From Promethearchaeota archaeon (GTDB lineage: Archaea > Asgardarchaeota > Lokiarchaeia > Sigyniarchaeales > SOKP01): 64,000 nucleotides of DNA. Within the stretch, counting starts at the first letter, position 1; each line of letters begins with the position of its first letter. The stretch is from assembly GCA_048940445.1 (NCBI GenBank), contig JBHLON010000011.1, forward strand, positions 20,659-84,658, in the 5' to 3' direction. The notes beneath the pieces were generated by a model. The model did no database searches. It saw nothing but the letters and a program-made list of their open reading frames with translations, and had not been told where the DNA came from. Both the position numbers and the translations under genes were made by a program. This document shows positions 9,805 to 20,908 of the stretch, piece after piece.

Positions 9805-11145
9805 TTATAAACTAGCAATTATTCTCCTAATTTTATTTATTCTTGACGTGATTTCATCTAACTTATTCTTAAGAATATCATTTTGAGTTTTGTGGTTAAC
9901 ATCAGATATGGACCCTTTTTGATAATTGATATCTAATTCCTTGAAGTTTTTTTCTAATGCATATCTTTTTCCTTCTAGGGCAATAAGTTCTTGATAGAGA
10001 GCGTCTTTATCTGCTGGTAATTCTTTTTCGGAAATTGGAGTTAACTCTTGGCTGATAGATTTCTTTGATTGACTAAAATTGACAAAAGATGCAGCGGGAG
10101 TGGTTTCTTCAATTTCTTTAACAGGTCTTTTGGGAGCTTTTAATTCAACCTTTTTTTCCTTACTTTCTGATGATTTTTCCCCAACTGATGAAAAAACATT
10201 AAATAAATCCATTGAACTTGACTTAATAGTACCAGTTTCAACTTCCTCAACTTTCATGGACGAAATTTTTGGTTTTTCAACTGCAAAAACTACAGATTGT
10301 TCTTCTTGAGGTGTTTTTACTTTAGAGGATTTTTCAGCGGATTCTTCTATAACAATTGGGGTAATTTTTCGCTTTTCAGTGATTATTGGAATTTCTTCTA
10401 GTTCTCTTATTGTTGGTTCTTCTTCCTCTTTTAAATTTAGAATTGGTAATATATTATTAATTTTAGATTCCTCTTCTGAACTTTTTGGAATTGGAGCTAA
10501 ATCCTTATGATCATTTTTATATTCTATAAATTCCGAGGCATCTTTTTCATTTTCATCTACTATAGGTTGATTCTTAACTTCTGGTTTGATAATTGGTCTT
10601 TTAATAACAGGAATTTTAATTTTAGGAGGAGGTAATTTGGGTTCCTTCCTAAGAACAAATTTTTGAACTTTTTTCTTTTGAGAGAGAGATTGAAGAGTTT
10701 GATCTTTCTTTTCTAGTTCTTTTTTCAATTCTTCAATCTTTCCTTTTAATCCGTCAATTTCTCCCTTAAATTGCTCAGATACTTTATCTACAATTTGGGT
10801 TACATCAATTTCTGTTTTTTCGGAAGTTTGTTCCGATTTTACGCCTTCCTTTGGAGTAACTTTTTCATTTTGAGGTATGTTTAATAATTCTCTAATGTCA
10901 TTAGGAACTGACGTCTCCAAAAACCATAAATCCAGTGTATCCCACTCTTTTAATTTTTTAAGGATTGTATTAATTAGATCATTATATTCGGGGAAGACCT
11001 TTAAATCAGAAAGTTTGCTGAAATGATTAATGAGAAGCTCTCTAGAGTCTATTTCATCATCTGGAGAGGGCTCTCCTTCTGTCAAAAACTTAAAGATTTC
11101 CTTGATCTCCTTTATTTCCGATTTAAATTTTCCTTCCTCAGTCAT
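9805..11145 (-). CDS. Coiled-coil / low-complexity hypothetical protein
   Basis: Central and C-terminal coiled coils separated by P/E/K/S-rich linker. Confidence 0.8.
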   Translation of the reverse strand: MTEEGKFKSEIKEIKEIFKFLTEGEPSPDDEIDSRELLINHFSKLSDLKVFPEYNDLINTILKKLKEWDTLDLWFLETSVPNDIRELLNIPQNEKVTPKEGVKSEQTSEKTEIDVTQIVDKVSEQFKGEIDGLKGKIEELKKELEKKDQTLQSLSQKKKVQKFVLRKEPKLPPPKIKIPVIKRPIIKPEVKNQPIVDENEKDASEFIEYKNDHKDLAPIPKSSEEESKINNILPILNLKEEEEPTIRELEEIPIITEKRKITPIVIEESAEKSSKVKTPQEEQSVVFAVEKPKISSMKVEEVETGTIKSSSMDLFNVFSSVGEKSSESKEKKVELKAPKRPVKEIEETTPAASFVNFSQSKKSISQELTPISEKELPADKDALYQELIALEGKRYALEKNFKELDINYQKGSISDVNHKTQNDILKNKLDEITSRINKIRRIIASL

Positions 11146-11356
11146 AAATATTACTAAGTGATTATTTATTTAATATCTAGCTATTACTTTCTCTTTAAAT
11201 ACTAAATAAATTTCCATAAATTTATTTTTTTGTAATATAAAAGACTATTTAATAAGATTCTTGCGAAGAGTAAATTAATTCTAAAATAAATTTATTAGGT
11301 CGAAAGAAAATAAGTTTAACATTCATTTTAAAGAATAAAAAAGGGAAATCAAGTAA

Positions 11357-11998
11357 TTATGGAATCGCAAAAAACATATAGAAAGAGAAAATCTCCGCAG
11401 CCAGCAAAAACGTACTAAAAAGTATAAAAAAGATTCGTTTAATTAAAATTGAATAGATAAGAATTATAATTGCTGAGAATAAAAATAAACTTCTAACTAT
11501 CCACAACATAATTTCTAGTAAAAGATTAAGTGCAGGAAATGAATATATTAAAAAAATACTTGAATTGAATATATCCACAGTATTACTTAACATCCAACCC
11601 ACAAGAGAGATAATACCAGCACTTATTAATATAGAGCCGTAGAATTCACGATTCTTATATCCAAAAATAATAAATACAATCCAGAGAACTATTGGAAATA
11701 TACCACCAAATAAAATTATCGATATAAATAAATCGTAAAATGTTGTAAAAAAAATCTCAAATGGGGTTTGATATGGTGGATATGGTTCAATAGATGGAAT
11801 AAAGCTTCTGACGATATACCACACTAAAAAAATTATCGCGGTAATTTTTAATACTTTAATTATCTTAAATTTTCTTTCATCCCTTTTTAAATTGAATGCT
11901 TCAATAACAAGAAATACGTAAGTAGAGACTAAAAAAGCATACAGTATCCAATCTAATATCGAAGTAGGGAGGTTACTAAATGTAAATATTATTGTCAA
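11357..11998 (-). CDS. Hypothetical integral membrane protein
   Basis: About 6 hydrophobic segments. Confidence 0.7.
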   Translation of the reverse strand: MTIIFTFSNLPTSILDWILYAFLVSTYVFLVIEAFNLKRDERKFKIIKVLKITAIIFLVWYIVRSFIPSIEPYPPYQTPFEIFFTTFYDLFISIILFGGIFPIVLWIVFIIFGYKNREFYGSILISAGIISLVGWMLSNTVDIFNSSIFLIYSFPALNLLLEIMLWIVRSLFLFSAIIILIYSILIKRIFFILFSTFLLAAEIFSFYMFFAIP

Positions 11999-12159
11999 AG
12001 TGAATTAATCACTAATAATCGACTTGATTAAAATTTGTTTTAATTAGTGCTGAATTAAGTATTTAAAGCTGGTCGCTAAAAAATGTAAATTGTTTTAATA
12101 AAGGTAATATCCTAAAGATTTAATTACAACATTTAGTCAATATTTAATATGATCGCATA

Positions 12160-13578
12160 ATGTCACCCGAAACTTTACCCTTAAAATCAAAATTAGCATA
12201 CGGAGGATTAGGAGCGGGTATAAATTTAACTTCTAACATAGCATTCTCAGCAATAACTTTCTTTTATACAATTTTGGGTTTAGCTCCCAAATTGATTGGT
12301 ATTGGTTGGTTAATTTTTGCATTCTGGAATGCAATTAATGATCCTCTTTTTGGGTTCATTGAGGATCACACTAAATCAGAAAAGTATGGGAGGAGAATAC
12401 CATATATTCGATTTGGTGCTCCAATTTATGCAATTGCGTTTATTTTATGTTGGACTCCGTTTGCAGATCAGAATGATCAAACAGCTCTCTTTATTAACTT
12501 TATTATCATTTTATTTGTTTTTGATACGATATTTACGATATTAGGACTAATTAATTTTACTCTGCCTGCTGAAATGGTTATTACTGCCAAAGAAAGGGCT
12601 AATTTATTAGTATACAGTAATGTGATTACCTCTTTTTCAATTTTAGTATCTTTTATTTTACCCCTTTTATTATTAACTGGAAAAAAATCACTTGATTCAC
12701 CATCAGTATTTTTCATAGTTATGATAGTTCTTGCGATTTTATCTGCAATAATATTATTCATAAGTAGCTTTTACTTAAAAGAAAATAAATATACACAAAT
12801 GGAAGATACTTTGCCAGTCATCAAGGGAATAAAAGAAACATTCAAAAACGAACCGTTCCTTATTTTTGAAATATCAAACTTCTCTTTTACAATAGCCCAA
12901 ACTATTCTTACAACAGCTGTCTATTTTTATGTTAACTCTATATTAATGCTACCTGAGGTTTTAAAGGCAGTTCCATTAGTAATAGTATTTATTATGATTT
13001 TTGTATTTTTAATAGTATTTAGTAAATTAGTCGCTAAATATGGTGTAAAGAAAACTTTCATTTTTGCAATGTTATGGTCGGGCTTGAGCTTCTTTTTAAC
13101 CTTTTTCATCGGATGGACATTAATTTTTGCTATAATAGGATTCATCCTAATAGGTATTGGAATTTCGGGGTATATGCTCTCAAATCAAACTGTCATAGCA
13201 GATATCGTTGATTATGATGAAATTAGAACTGGAAAACGCAGAGAAACAACTTATTCTGGGATTAATGCATTACTTACCAAACCAGCAATCTCAATAGCAA
13301 ATTGGTTGTTTCTCTTAACGATAGATGTCGCGGGATATAAACCAGAACAACAGGTACAAGACTTTAGAGCTCAATTGGGGATCATGGCAGGGTTCTATCT
13401 CATCCCTGCGATTTTTTTGACTTTAGGGGCTCTTTTAATGTTTTTTTACTCGTTAGATGGGCCTGAATGGCTCTCTAAAAAAAGTGAAATTATTAGAATT
13501 CACCAGCAGAAGGAAATTCGGTATATGAAGTATTTAGAAGAAAAAGAAAAAAATTCAAATAAAACCCAGAAATCGTAA
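12160..13578 (+). CDS. GPH-family (MelB-like) MFS transporter
   Basis: WNAINDPLFG, GRRIPY, ADIVDYDE...GKRRE. Confidence 0.92.
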   Translation: MSPETLPLKSKLAYGGLGAGINLTSNIAFSAITFFYTILGLAPKLIGIGWLIFAFWNAINDPLFGFIEDHTKSEKYGRRIPYIRFGAPIYAIAFILCWTPFADQNDQTALFINFIIILFVFDTIFTILGLINFTLPAEMVITAKERANLLVYSNVITSFSILVSFILPLLLLTGKKSLDSPSVFFIVMIVLAILSAIILFISSFYLKENKYTQMEDTLPVIKGIKETFKNEPFLIFEISNFSFTIAQTILTTAVYFYVNSILMLPEVLKAVPLVIVFIMIFVFLIVFSKLVAKYGVKKTFIFAMLWSGLSFFLTFFIGWTLIFAIIGFILIGIGISGYMLSNQTVIADIVDYDEIRTGKRRETTYSGINALLTKPAISIANWLFLLTIDVAGYKPEQQVQDFRAQLGIMAGFYLIPAIFLTLGALLMFFYSLDGPEWLSKKSEIIRIHQQKEIRYMKYLEEKEKNSNKTQKS

Positions 13579-13803
13579 ATGATTTTTCAGAATTGTGATC
13601 TAACAACTATTATTTTAACAAAATTTGGAAGTAAGAACGTTGAAAATTTTATGTTACATTATATAAGAAATTAATTTCATTTATTTAAGTTCTGTAAGAA
13701 GATCCTATGATCCTCTAAATATTTATTAAAATTAAATTAATATTATGATTTTATTTTCTACTAAATATAGAGTACCTAAACGAAAAGTTGAGGTGAATTT
13801 GTA

Positions 13804-14463
13804 TTGATAACAATTAAAAAGGAAGAAGTTATTAAAGAAAAAGATAAAAAGGAAAAATGGACGCATTTACCATCGAGTCTTGAATTACTACAAACTATCG
13901 AAAATATTGAATATCGCAATATTGATGTTCTTTTAGTTAATAATAGAGAGGAAGCACTTGAAAAAATCAAACAGAAGATACCTGAAGGAGTAAAGGTTAT
14001 GACTGGATCTTCAACAACCTTATATGAAATTGGATTTATGGATTATTATTTATCAGGTAAAACTCCTTGGACTTGCTTAGGTCCAATGGTTTACCAAGAA
14101 ACGAATCCAGAAAAACAAAGAGAATTAAGAAGAGTTTCTGAAACTGCAGATTACTTTATTGCTAGTGTAAATGCTATCGCAAAAACAGGAGAATTAGTTG
14201 CTGCTGATGCTTCTGGATCAAGAGTTTCAGCTTATCCTTATGCTGCTGAACATGTAATCTTAGTCGCTGGTATTCAAAAAATTACTCCTAATTTAGAGAA
14301 ATCATTAGAGAGAATAAGAGAGTATGTATATCCTTTAGAAAATGAACGAGCCTTAAAAGCATATGGAATTCCATCAAGTATTGGCAAATGGGTTATAATT
14401 GAACGCGAAAAAATAGATCACAGAATAACATTGATTTTAGTTAAAGAAGAGCTTGGTTATTAA
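13804..14463 (+). CDS. LUD-domain (LutC/YkgG-like) protein
   Basis: GSSTTLYEIG, ASVNAI..TGELV, GIQKI; SD GAGGTGA before TTG. Confidence 0.85.
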   Translation: MITIKKEEVIKEKDKKEKWTHLPSSLELLQTIENIEYRNIDVLLVNNREEALEKIKQKIPEGVKVMTGSSTTLYEIGFMDYYLSGKTPWTCLGPMVYQETNPEKQRELRRVSETADYFIASVNAIAKTGELVAADASGSRVSAYPYAAEHVILVAGIQKITPNLEKSLERIREYVYPLENERALKAYGIPSSIGKWVIIEREKIDHRITLILVKEELGY

Positions 14464-14699
14464 ATCATTTTTATGCTTATTCATTAATTATTTTCTTTAG
14501 AATTACTTATTCTGAATATAACTTTATATCATGAATATTACTTTATTTACTTGAATACATTAATATTCAATTCGATTTAACTAAAAATTGCTCCTAGGTT
14601 ATTTAAAGGCATATGTTTTCAATCTTAATGGGCAGAATTAAATAAGACAAAGTATAACTATCTTAAAATATTTCTTTTAAAACTTTCTATTCCAGGACA

Positions 14700-15698
14700 A
14701 TGAGAAGGAAAAGATTAATTACTCTTGGAGCTGTAATAACGTTCTTAGTAATTGGTTCAATCATTGGGTTAAACATTTTCCTAAGTACGAATAATACTTC
14801 TAAAACAAATCTTACTGATTTCCCTGATTTTTATACTAAAACTGAGGATTATTATATTACTCGAATCAATGACATCCCCATAATTGATGAGCAAAATTAT
14901 AAATTAGAGATAACTGGTTGTATAGAAAATCCTACAAACTACAGTCTTTCTGAATTACGAGCTCTACCCTTAATTCAATTTCCGTTAACGATAGAATGTA
15001 TTGGAAATCCTACTTTGGGCTCATTAATTTCCACAGCCAATTGGACTGGATTTAGCATTTATAATTTATTGAACTCGCTTGGGATAATGAGTAATGCAAC
15101 TGGAGTTAAATATTATGCTGCAGATGGGTATTATGCTACACATACAATGCAACAATTAATGAATAATTCAGTTATAGGTGCACTTTATATGAACAATCAA
15201 ATTTTACCAAGAGTTCAAGGATTTCCTTTAAGAATTATAAATCCTGGTTATTATGGAGCAAAACAACCTGCTTGGGTAATTGGAATTGAAGTAATTGATA
15301 TGCCATTAAGCGATTATTGGGATGATCGTGGATGGGATACATCACCTCCTATGGCTGTAGATTCAAAAATCTTTTTCCCAGAAAGTTATACTTCAATAAA
15401 AAAGGGAAATTCATTTTTAATCGGGGGAGCTGCGTATGGAGGAACTAGAGTCTCAAAAGTAGAATATACACTTAACGATGAGCTTGATTGGCATCAAGCA
15501 AACATAGTTAAAAGTGTGGATTTTGACAATGTTTGGGTTTTTTGGCAAATAGAACTTACCACTTCTAAAATGTCAACAGGACTCAACACTTTATATGTGA
15601 GAGCAACAGATATTTATAATGGAACGCAACCTAAAACTGACATGATTAAGACAGACGGAGATAATAGTTGGCCTTATTTAGTTTTTATCCTGACTTGA
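14700..15698 (+). CDS. Sulfite-oxidase-family molybdopterin oxidoreductase, N-terminal TM anchor
   Basis: TIECIGN, GFPLRIINPGYYGAK, YWDDRGW, Ig-like dimerisation tail. Confidence 0.88.
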   Translation: MRRKRLITLGAVITFLVIGSIIGLNIFLSTNNTSKTNLTDFPDFYTKTEDYYITRINDIPIIDEQNYKLEITGCIENPTNYSLSELRALPLIQFPLTIECIGNPTLGSLISTANWTGFSIYNLLNSLGIMSNATGVKYYAADGYYATHTMQQLMNNSVIGALYMNNQILPRVQGFPLRIINPGYYGAKQPAWVIGIEVIDMPLSDYWDDRGWDTSPPMAVDSKIFFPESYTSIKKGNSFLIGGAAYGGTRVSKVEYTLNDELDWHQANIVKSVDFDNVWVFWQIELTTSKMSTGLNTLYVRATDIYNGTQPKTDMIKTDGDNSWPYLVFILT

Positions 15699-15924
15699 AA
15701 TTTCGACATAGATATCCCTTGTTATTAACTCCGATGATATATAACAAAATTCAGGTGAATTAATCCCAAGCATTAATAAAAAGCTTATATAATGTTTAAT
15801 AAAGAATTATTAGTAAAATTATCCAATAATCAATTTTTTGAGTAATAAAATTCTTATGAAAATATTAAAAAACGAATAATAAATTACTAATCTTAGACTA
15901 ATTTGAATAAATAGATGGTTCTTA

Positions 15925-16140
15925 ATGAGTGAAATAGAAAAAAAAGAATGTCAAAACTGTAAAATGTTAACTGATGAATATTTTACGATATATGGAGAAT
16001 CAAAAGGTGAAGGTTGGGCAGAAATTCGATGTAAAGATTGTTTAATAGATTTTCTTCATGAAAATGATGGTATTTACTTAGATTCACTTTACTCTATATC
16101 ATATTCAAAAGACATTTTTAAAGGTAAGCATAGGAAGTAG
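15925..16140 (+). CDS. Small zinc-finger-like protein
   Basis: CQNC...CKDC in 71 aa. Confidence 0.55.
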   Translation: MSEIEKKECQNCKMLTDEYFTIYGESKGEGWAEIRCKDCLIDFLHENDGIYLDSLYSISYSKDIFKGKHRK

Positions 16141-16189
16141 ATTTATCATTCCTATGTTGTCAGATATATTTAACTCCTCAATCACATTC

Positions 16190-18895
16190 TTATTTTATTG
16201 GTAAAAATACTTGATTTTTATAGGCTTCATATATCATGAAATTAGCTTCTTGATCAGAAATATTCAGTTCTCGTATGAGGGTAAGCGCAATTTCTGCAGG
16301 ATAAAATCCCTCAGATCTTGATTTAAGATCATTTAATATAGTTATAAATGATTCAGGACCATCAAAGTTATTTAATTGTTTTACATTAATGATACATTTT
16401 TTATTTAAGTTAATGTCAAGTCCTTTTTCAATAGTCTCCTCAAAATCATTGAAAATTTGGAGATCACCATCAAAGTTTTTTAAGTCATTGACATGCTTAA
16501 TTTCATAAGCTCTTAAAATCTGCTCACATTGTGCTTTTATTAAATCTCCAAGACTTTGATAAGAGACTAACCCCAATCTAAGGAATTCACCATCCATAAG
16601 TGTAATTGTAAATTCATTATACGCAATCGTATTGTCTCCACCTTCACCTCGAACTTGTAAACCCATTTGCTTAGCTAATTCATTTTTAAAACTTCCAATA
16701 GCAGATATAAAGCCTGTAAATAAGTTTTCATCTAATCCAATACCACCATGAAGAGCAATTTTAGATAAACATAAACCAGATTCTTCATGTATAGCTAAGA
16801 TTGTAAGGATGCTTGTTATATCTTTAAAGTATTGTGCTTTTGATAGCTGATCTTCACTGAATTCTCTTGATTTTGTTAATTTTCCCTTAATCGATAACTT
16901 TCTCATTACAATTCCAGCGGTTACAATTACCAATATTACAATTAGACTAACAATGATGATAATGGTAATTAAGTCGAGGGAAGGAGGTCCGTAACCAGGG
17001 ATCTGGGATGTATCTTTAATTAAATTTATGGTAATTGACCCATTATTCCATGCAATATCTCGAGCATAAAAGGTAATAATTACATTACCGTCATTTAATG
17101 CATCCCATGCATCTTGGTCGATTGTACCGTTTTTTGTAATATAATATTTTACACCACTATTATTTATTGTATACCAAATTTGTTCAAGGTTCAGATCTGA
17201 GACAGTTAGATTAAATACAGGTGCTTCTTTGCCAAATTCTGTTCCACTCCCAGGAGAATTAACTATTATAACTGGGAGAGTGGTATCTTTATTGATCACT
17301 ATAATTTCGGAATTTAAGTTTCCACTAGAATCATTCGCAAAAAAGATTATAGTGACCAATCCATCACTTTGGGCAAACCATTTGGCCACATCAATTTCTA
17401 CTGAAGCACCAGTAAACGTCTCATTATCGCTGCTTCCAACAACCCAATACCACGTTTTATTAATTCCATTGAGATCGTAAAAAACAGCTTGTACAGTGGG
17501 AGGGTTACTATAACAAGAGTAATTACTGGGGCTTATTATAGTTATTATTGGGGGAATACTATCTCCATCATCCCAAATTGGGTAGTAATCCATACTGGCA
17601 GCTGATCCCGTGATGTTATAGTGTATATCTCCAATTCCATCATCATCTAAATCTTTTCCTTGATAATCATCCCAATAATTCCCAATCTTGGAATTATTCC
17701 AGGAAGTTGCGGTCCCATTATCATAAGCATGAATCCCATTTGAGATGAAGGAATTTTTATAAAATTTATTATTGATATCCGAAGGATCATCAAGTTGTAT
17801 ACCAATATTAGTGTTATCTTTAATAGTATTATCATGAATTTCATTATTATCAGAATTGATAAATATTCTTATCGCATAATTTACTGTTTCATTTATAGAA
17901 TTATAGGCAATTTCGCTTCCATCGCAAGCGCTCATAATAATTCCGTAGGAACCCCTTGAAATGTTATTACCAGTTATTATACTTTGAAGATCTATTAACA
18001 TATACATTCCGTAACTGCAATCTATTATTTGATTATCTGTTATTGAATTTTGATCAGAAGTAACTATGTATATTCCATAAAGGTTAATATTTTCAATAAT
18101 ATTCAACGAGATGGTGCTTTGATGACAGTCATTATGGAGTCTTATACCATAATCTTGTTGACTTGTGGCAATATTTTTGATAATATTATTATATATCAAG
18201 GTTCCTTCGCAATAATTTTCAATATTAATTCCATACACGCTATTATCATATATCCAATTTCCCATAATATCATTGTCATCACAATAACTTCCAAGATATA
18301 TTCCAGTATCTTGTAAATTCGTGCCATCATTTTTTATTGTATTTTCCAAAATTTTATTGTTATTACATTTTGACGTTAAATTAATTCCATACACACCATT
18401 ATTTATCAATTTATTCCTCAAAATTGTATTATTTACACAATTTTTCATACTAATTCCTGAACCTATATTATCTGAAAGAATACTATTAATTATAGTTCCA
18501 TTATTCGTATTTTCTAACTTAATTCCATAAGTACTTCCAAATATCGTGACATTTATAATTTCAAAATGTATATTTTTGGAATTTTCAATAAAAATGCCAG
18601 AACCTATTGGAGAGTTAGTTGCATTAATTATCATATTTTCAATCAAAAAGGGGTCACTCCAAGTACCTGAACCAGAACACCAATCAGATTGATTAGCGAT
18701 TGTCCAATTTATATTAGTAATATGGATAAACGTAAAGTTGTTCCAATACCCTGCTGATTTCAAATTAAATACTCTACTTTTTAAATCTTTTTGACCAGTT
18801 TCACCACAATTTTTTATATTATTTTGAATAGAAATTGAAAACATTATCACAAATAGCATTAAAATAGTTAAAACGCTTTTCTTTCTTGTTTCCAT
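16190..18895 (-). CDS. Single-pass surface protein: NosD/parallel beta-helix + Ig-like repeats + TM + cytoplasmic longin-like domain
   Basis: Signal-like N-terminus, N-rich GI.L repeats, GNYWDDY, TM (IIIIVSLIVILVIV), SGLCL...DENLFTGFISAIGSF. Confidence 0.8.
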   Translation of the reverse strand: METRKKSVLTILMLFVIMFSISIQNNIKNCGETGQKDLKSRVFNLKSAGYWNNFTFIHITNINWTIANQSDWCSGSGTWSDPFLIENMIINATNSPIGSGIFIENSKNIHFEIINVTIFGSTYGIKLENTNNGTIINSILSDNIGSGISMKNCVNNTILRNKLINNGVYGINLTSKCNNNKILENTIKNDGTNLQDTGIYLGSYCDDNDIMGNWIYDNSVYGINIENYCEGTLIYNNIIKNIATSQQDYGIRLHNDCHQSTISLNIIENINLYGIYIVTSDQNSITDNQIIDCSYGMYMLIDLQSIITGNNISRGSYGIIMSACDGSEIAYNSINETVNYAIRIFINSDNNEIHDNTIKDNTNIGIQLDDPSDINNKFYKNSFISNGIHAYDNGTATSWNNSKIGNYWDDYQGKDLDDDGIGDIHYNITGSAASMDYYPIWDDGDSIPPIITIISPSNYSCYSNPPTVQAVFYDLNGINKTWYWVVGSSDNETFTGASVEIDVAKWFAQSDGLVTIIFFANDSSGNLNSEIIVINKDTTLPVIIVNSPGSGTEFGKEAPVFNLTVSDLNLEQIWYTINNSGVKYYITKNGTIDQDAWDALNDGNVIITFYARDIAWNNGSITINLIKDTSQIPGYGPPSLDLITIIIIVSLIVILVIVTAGIVMRKLSIKGKLTKSREFSEDQLSKAQYFKDITSILTILAIHEESGLCLSKIALHGGIGLDENLFTGFISAIGSFKNELAKQMGLQVRGEGGDNTIAYNEFTITLMDGEFLRLGLVSYQSLGDLIKAQCEQILRAYEIKHVNDLKNFDGDLQIFNDFEETIEKGLDINLNKKCIINVKQLNNFDGPESFITILNDLKSRSEGFYPAEIALTLIRELNISDQEANFMIYEAYKNQVFLPIK

Positions 18896-19054
18896 TAAAA
18901 ATACCCCTTTTTCCCTTTTATAGAAATTATTCTAAAAAAAATATAAACTACATAAATATAGATTTTTGTCTTTTTCAAGAAAAAATGACAATGAGTGTAT
19001 ATCGAGATCTCGGGACAATAAATTAATTTTCTCAAAATGAATTTGAACTTAGAG

Positions 19055-19093
19055 GTAAATTCAGAGTGTGATTTTCTTGAAAAATCATTTGAA
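19055..19093. repeat. 39-bp intergenic repeat, copy 1
   Basis: GTAAATTCAGAGTGTGATTTTCTTGAAAAATCATTTGAA; 35/39 identical to copy 3. Confidence 0.85.
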
Positions 19094-19137
19094 AAAACGC
19101 ATCAAATAGTTATTTTTAAATTGTCTCTATTTTTTTT

Positions 19138-19797
19138 TTAATATCTTTTTCTTATAGGCATTTTCTTGAATAAAAATCTCATACAATGTTCGATTCCGAA
19201 TTCTTTACTATTTATAACTTCGCGATGAATTTTTAGTAGGGTTAAACCTAAGGGTATAAAAGTGTCAAGGACCTCTTTTTCAGTATAAGCCCTTGAATAC
19301 ATTTGGTGTCCCATAATTTCAACAAAAACATGCTCATCGAGATTCAACCCAGCTTTCCTTGGTTCATTTAAAGCAATATATAATAAGCCTTTACTTTTCA
19401 ATGCTTTTTCCAATCTATTTGCCACATCTTTGAATAATGGTGGACTAAGGCAAAGCATTGAATAATTTGAAAATATACCATCAAATTTGTCAATATAATC
19501 TAGATCTGTCATAGATAGTTCTCTGAAATCTGCTTTAGGGACATTTTCTTGAGAGAGTTTAACCATCTTTGCTGAAATATCAATTCCTAAGACTTTTAAT
19601 CCCTTATCTACGAAATATTTGGCAAATGGTAATCCTGTGCCTGAGCCTAAATCTAAAATTAATGCTTTTTCAGGGAGTTTTTCACAAAATAATTCTGCTA
19701 ATATATTTAATTTTCCATATTTCGACTGTTCATATATTTTTGCTACATTATTCCATGCTTTCTTGTTCAGAGAGATTAAATCTAATTTTTCTTTCAT
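19138..19797 (-). CDS. Class I SAM-dependent methyltransferase
   Basis: ILDLGSGTG, GIDIS, FDGIF. Confidence 0.9.
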   Translation of the reverse strand: MKEKLDLISLNKKAWNNVAKIYEQSKYGKLNILAELFCEKLPEKALILDLGSGTGLPFAKYFVDKGLKVLGIDISAKMVKLSQENVPKADFRELSMTDLDYIDKFDGIFSNYSMLCLSPPLFKDVANRLEKALKSKGLLYIALNEPRKAGLNLDEHVFVEIMGHQMYSRAYTEKEVLDTFIPLGLTLLKIHREVINSKEFGIEHCMRFLFKKMPIRKRY

Positions 19798-19928
19798 TGG
19801 TAAATTATTAAAAAAGGTATCTTAAAAGATTTACTCCTATTCTCCATCTTTTTCACCATTTTAAGAAGTCCTGAGTTCAAGGCTTTTAAAAAATTGTCAT
19901 AATTTAGGAAAAAAATTGGAATAGAAAG

Positions 19929-19967
19929 GTAAATCCAGAATCTGATTTCCATGAAAATATCTTTGAA
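19929..19967. repeat. 39-bp intergenic repeat, copy 2
   Basis: GTAAATCCAGAATCTGATTTCCATGAAAATATCTTTGAA; 34/39 identical to copy 3. Confidence 0.85.
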
Positions 19968-19972
19968 AATTA

Positions 19973-20719
19973 TTAACAATTTAGGGTTCTTATAAGATTT
20001 TCAATGACATTAGGAAGTTGATGCATATCTTCGACATAAAATGGATATTTTGGTTGAAAATCACCCGTTATACATGCTTGAATTACGTTAGCTCCCGTTT
20101 TAAGAGCATTTTCAATAAATCTCGGTTGATCTTCAATGACAATAGCTTTTTTTGATTCCAATTTTATATCATTAAATATAGCTTCAAAAAAATTAGAGCT
20201 AGTTTTCCTTGTATTTATAAGATCTGGTCCAAAAAAACCACTAAAAAAATGTTTAACACCCATTTCTTCAAGGACTATTTTTATTTCCCTTGAGGCTAGT
20301 CCGGTAGAAGTATAGAGGACAAAGCCTTTTAAATAGAGCATCTTTATGCTTTCAATGATTCCGGGTATTGCAGAATGAACTTTTGGCCATACATATTCTA
20401 TTGTAGTGTCATAAATTCTTTCATGTTCCTCTTTAGGTGGTACAGATCTTTTAGCTTCTTCAAACATCTTTGTTACCCACTCACTCTTGAAGTTTGTGTA
20501 AAAAGTTATGTAATCATCATAAAACTCTCTCGCTCCTTTTGGATCCATCAATGAAGTTATCGCTTTTTCGTTTGCTTCTCCCCAAACTTCAGGATCCCCT
20601 CCAAACCTCGAATGAAAAAATTCTCCACAAAACACTTTCCACTGGGGGGCACGAATGGAATTATCGTTTAACACACCTCCATCATCAAAAAAAATAGCGA
20701 ATGACATCTTTTCAGACAT
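19973..20719 (-). CDS. HAD-superfamily hydrolase
   Basis: IFFDDGGVL, YTST, K, VIEDQ. Confidence 0.85.
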   Translation of the reverse strand: MSEKMSFAIFFDDGGVLNDNSIRAPQWKVFCGEFFHSRFGGDPEVWGEANEKAITSLMDPKGAREFYDDYITFYTNFKSEWVTKMFEEAKRSVPPKEEHERIYDTTIEYVWPKVHSAIPGIIESIKMLYLKGFVLYTSTGLASREIKIVLEEMGVKHFFSGFFGPDLINTRKTSSNFFEAIFNDIKLESKKAIVIEDQPRFIENALKTGANVIQACITGDFQPKYPFYVEDMHQLPNVIENLIRTLNC

Positions 20720-20908
20720 ATCTTCTATCGGTTCTATTTTTTATCAAGAGAGAATCTATCATTTTGTTTCGATAAAAATGTTATTAGTATTAAATTATAT
20801 TATATAAGTTTTTTATATTTTGAATCAATAAAGGAAGCGAATTTTCTAGATATAAATTCCTTTAAGTTGGAATGGTAAGTTATAGGTAGTAATTTCACTT
20901 TTTTTTAT

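Noticed and set aside
19794-19979. 61-aa ORF across repeat copy 2
   Set aside because: The same frame has stops in copy 3; treated as non-coding
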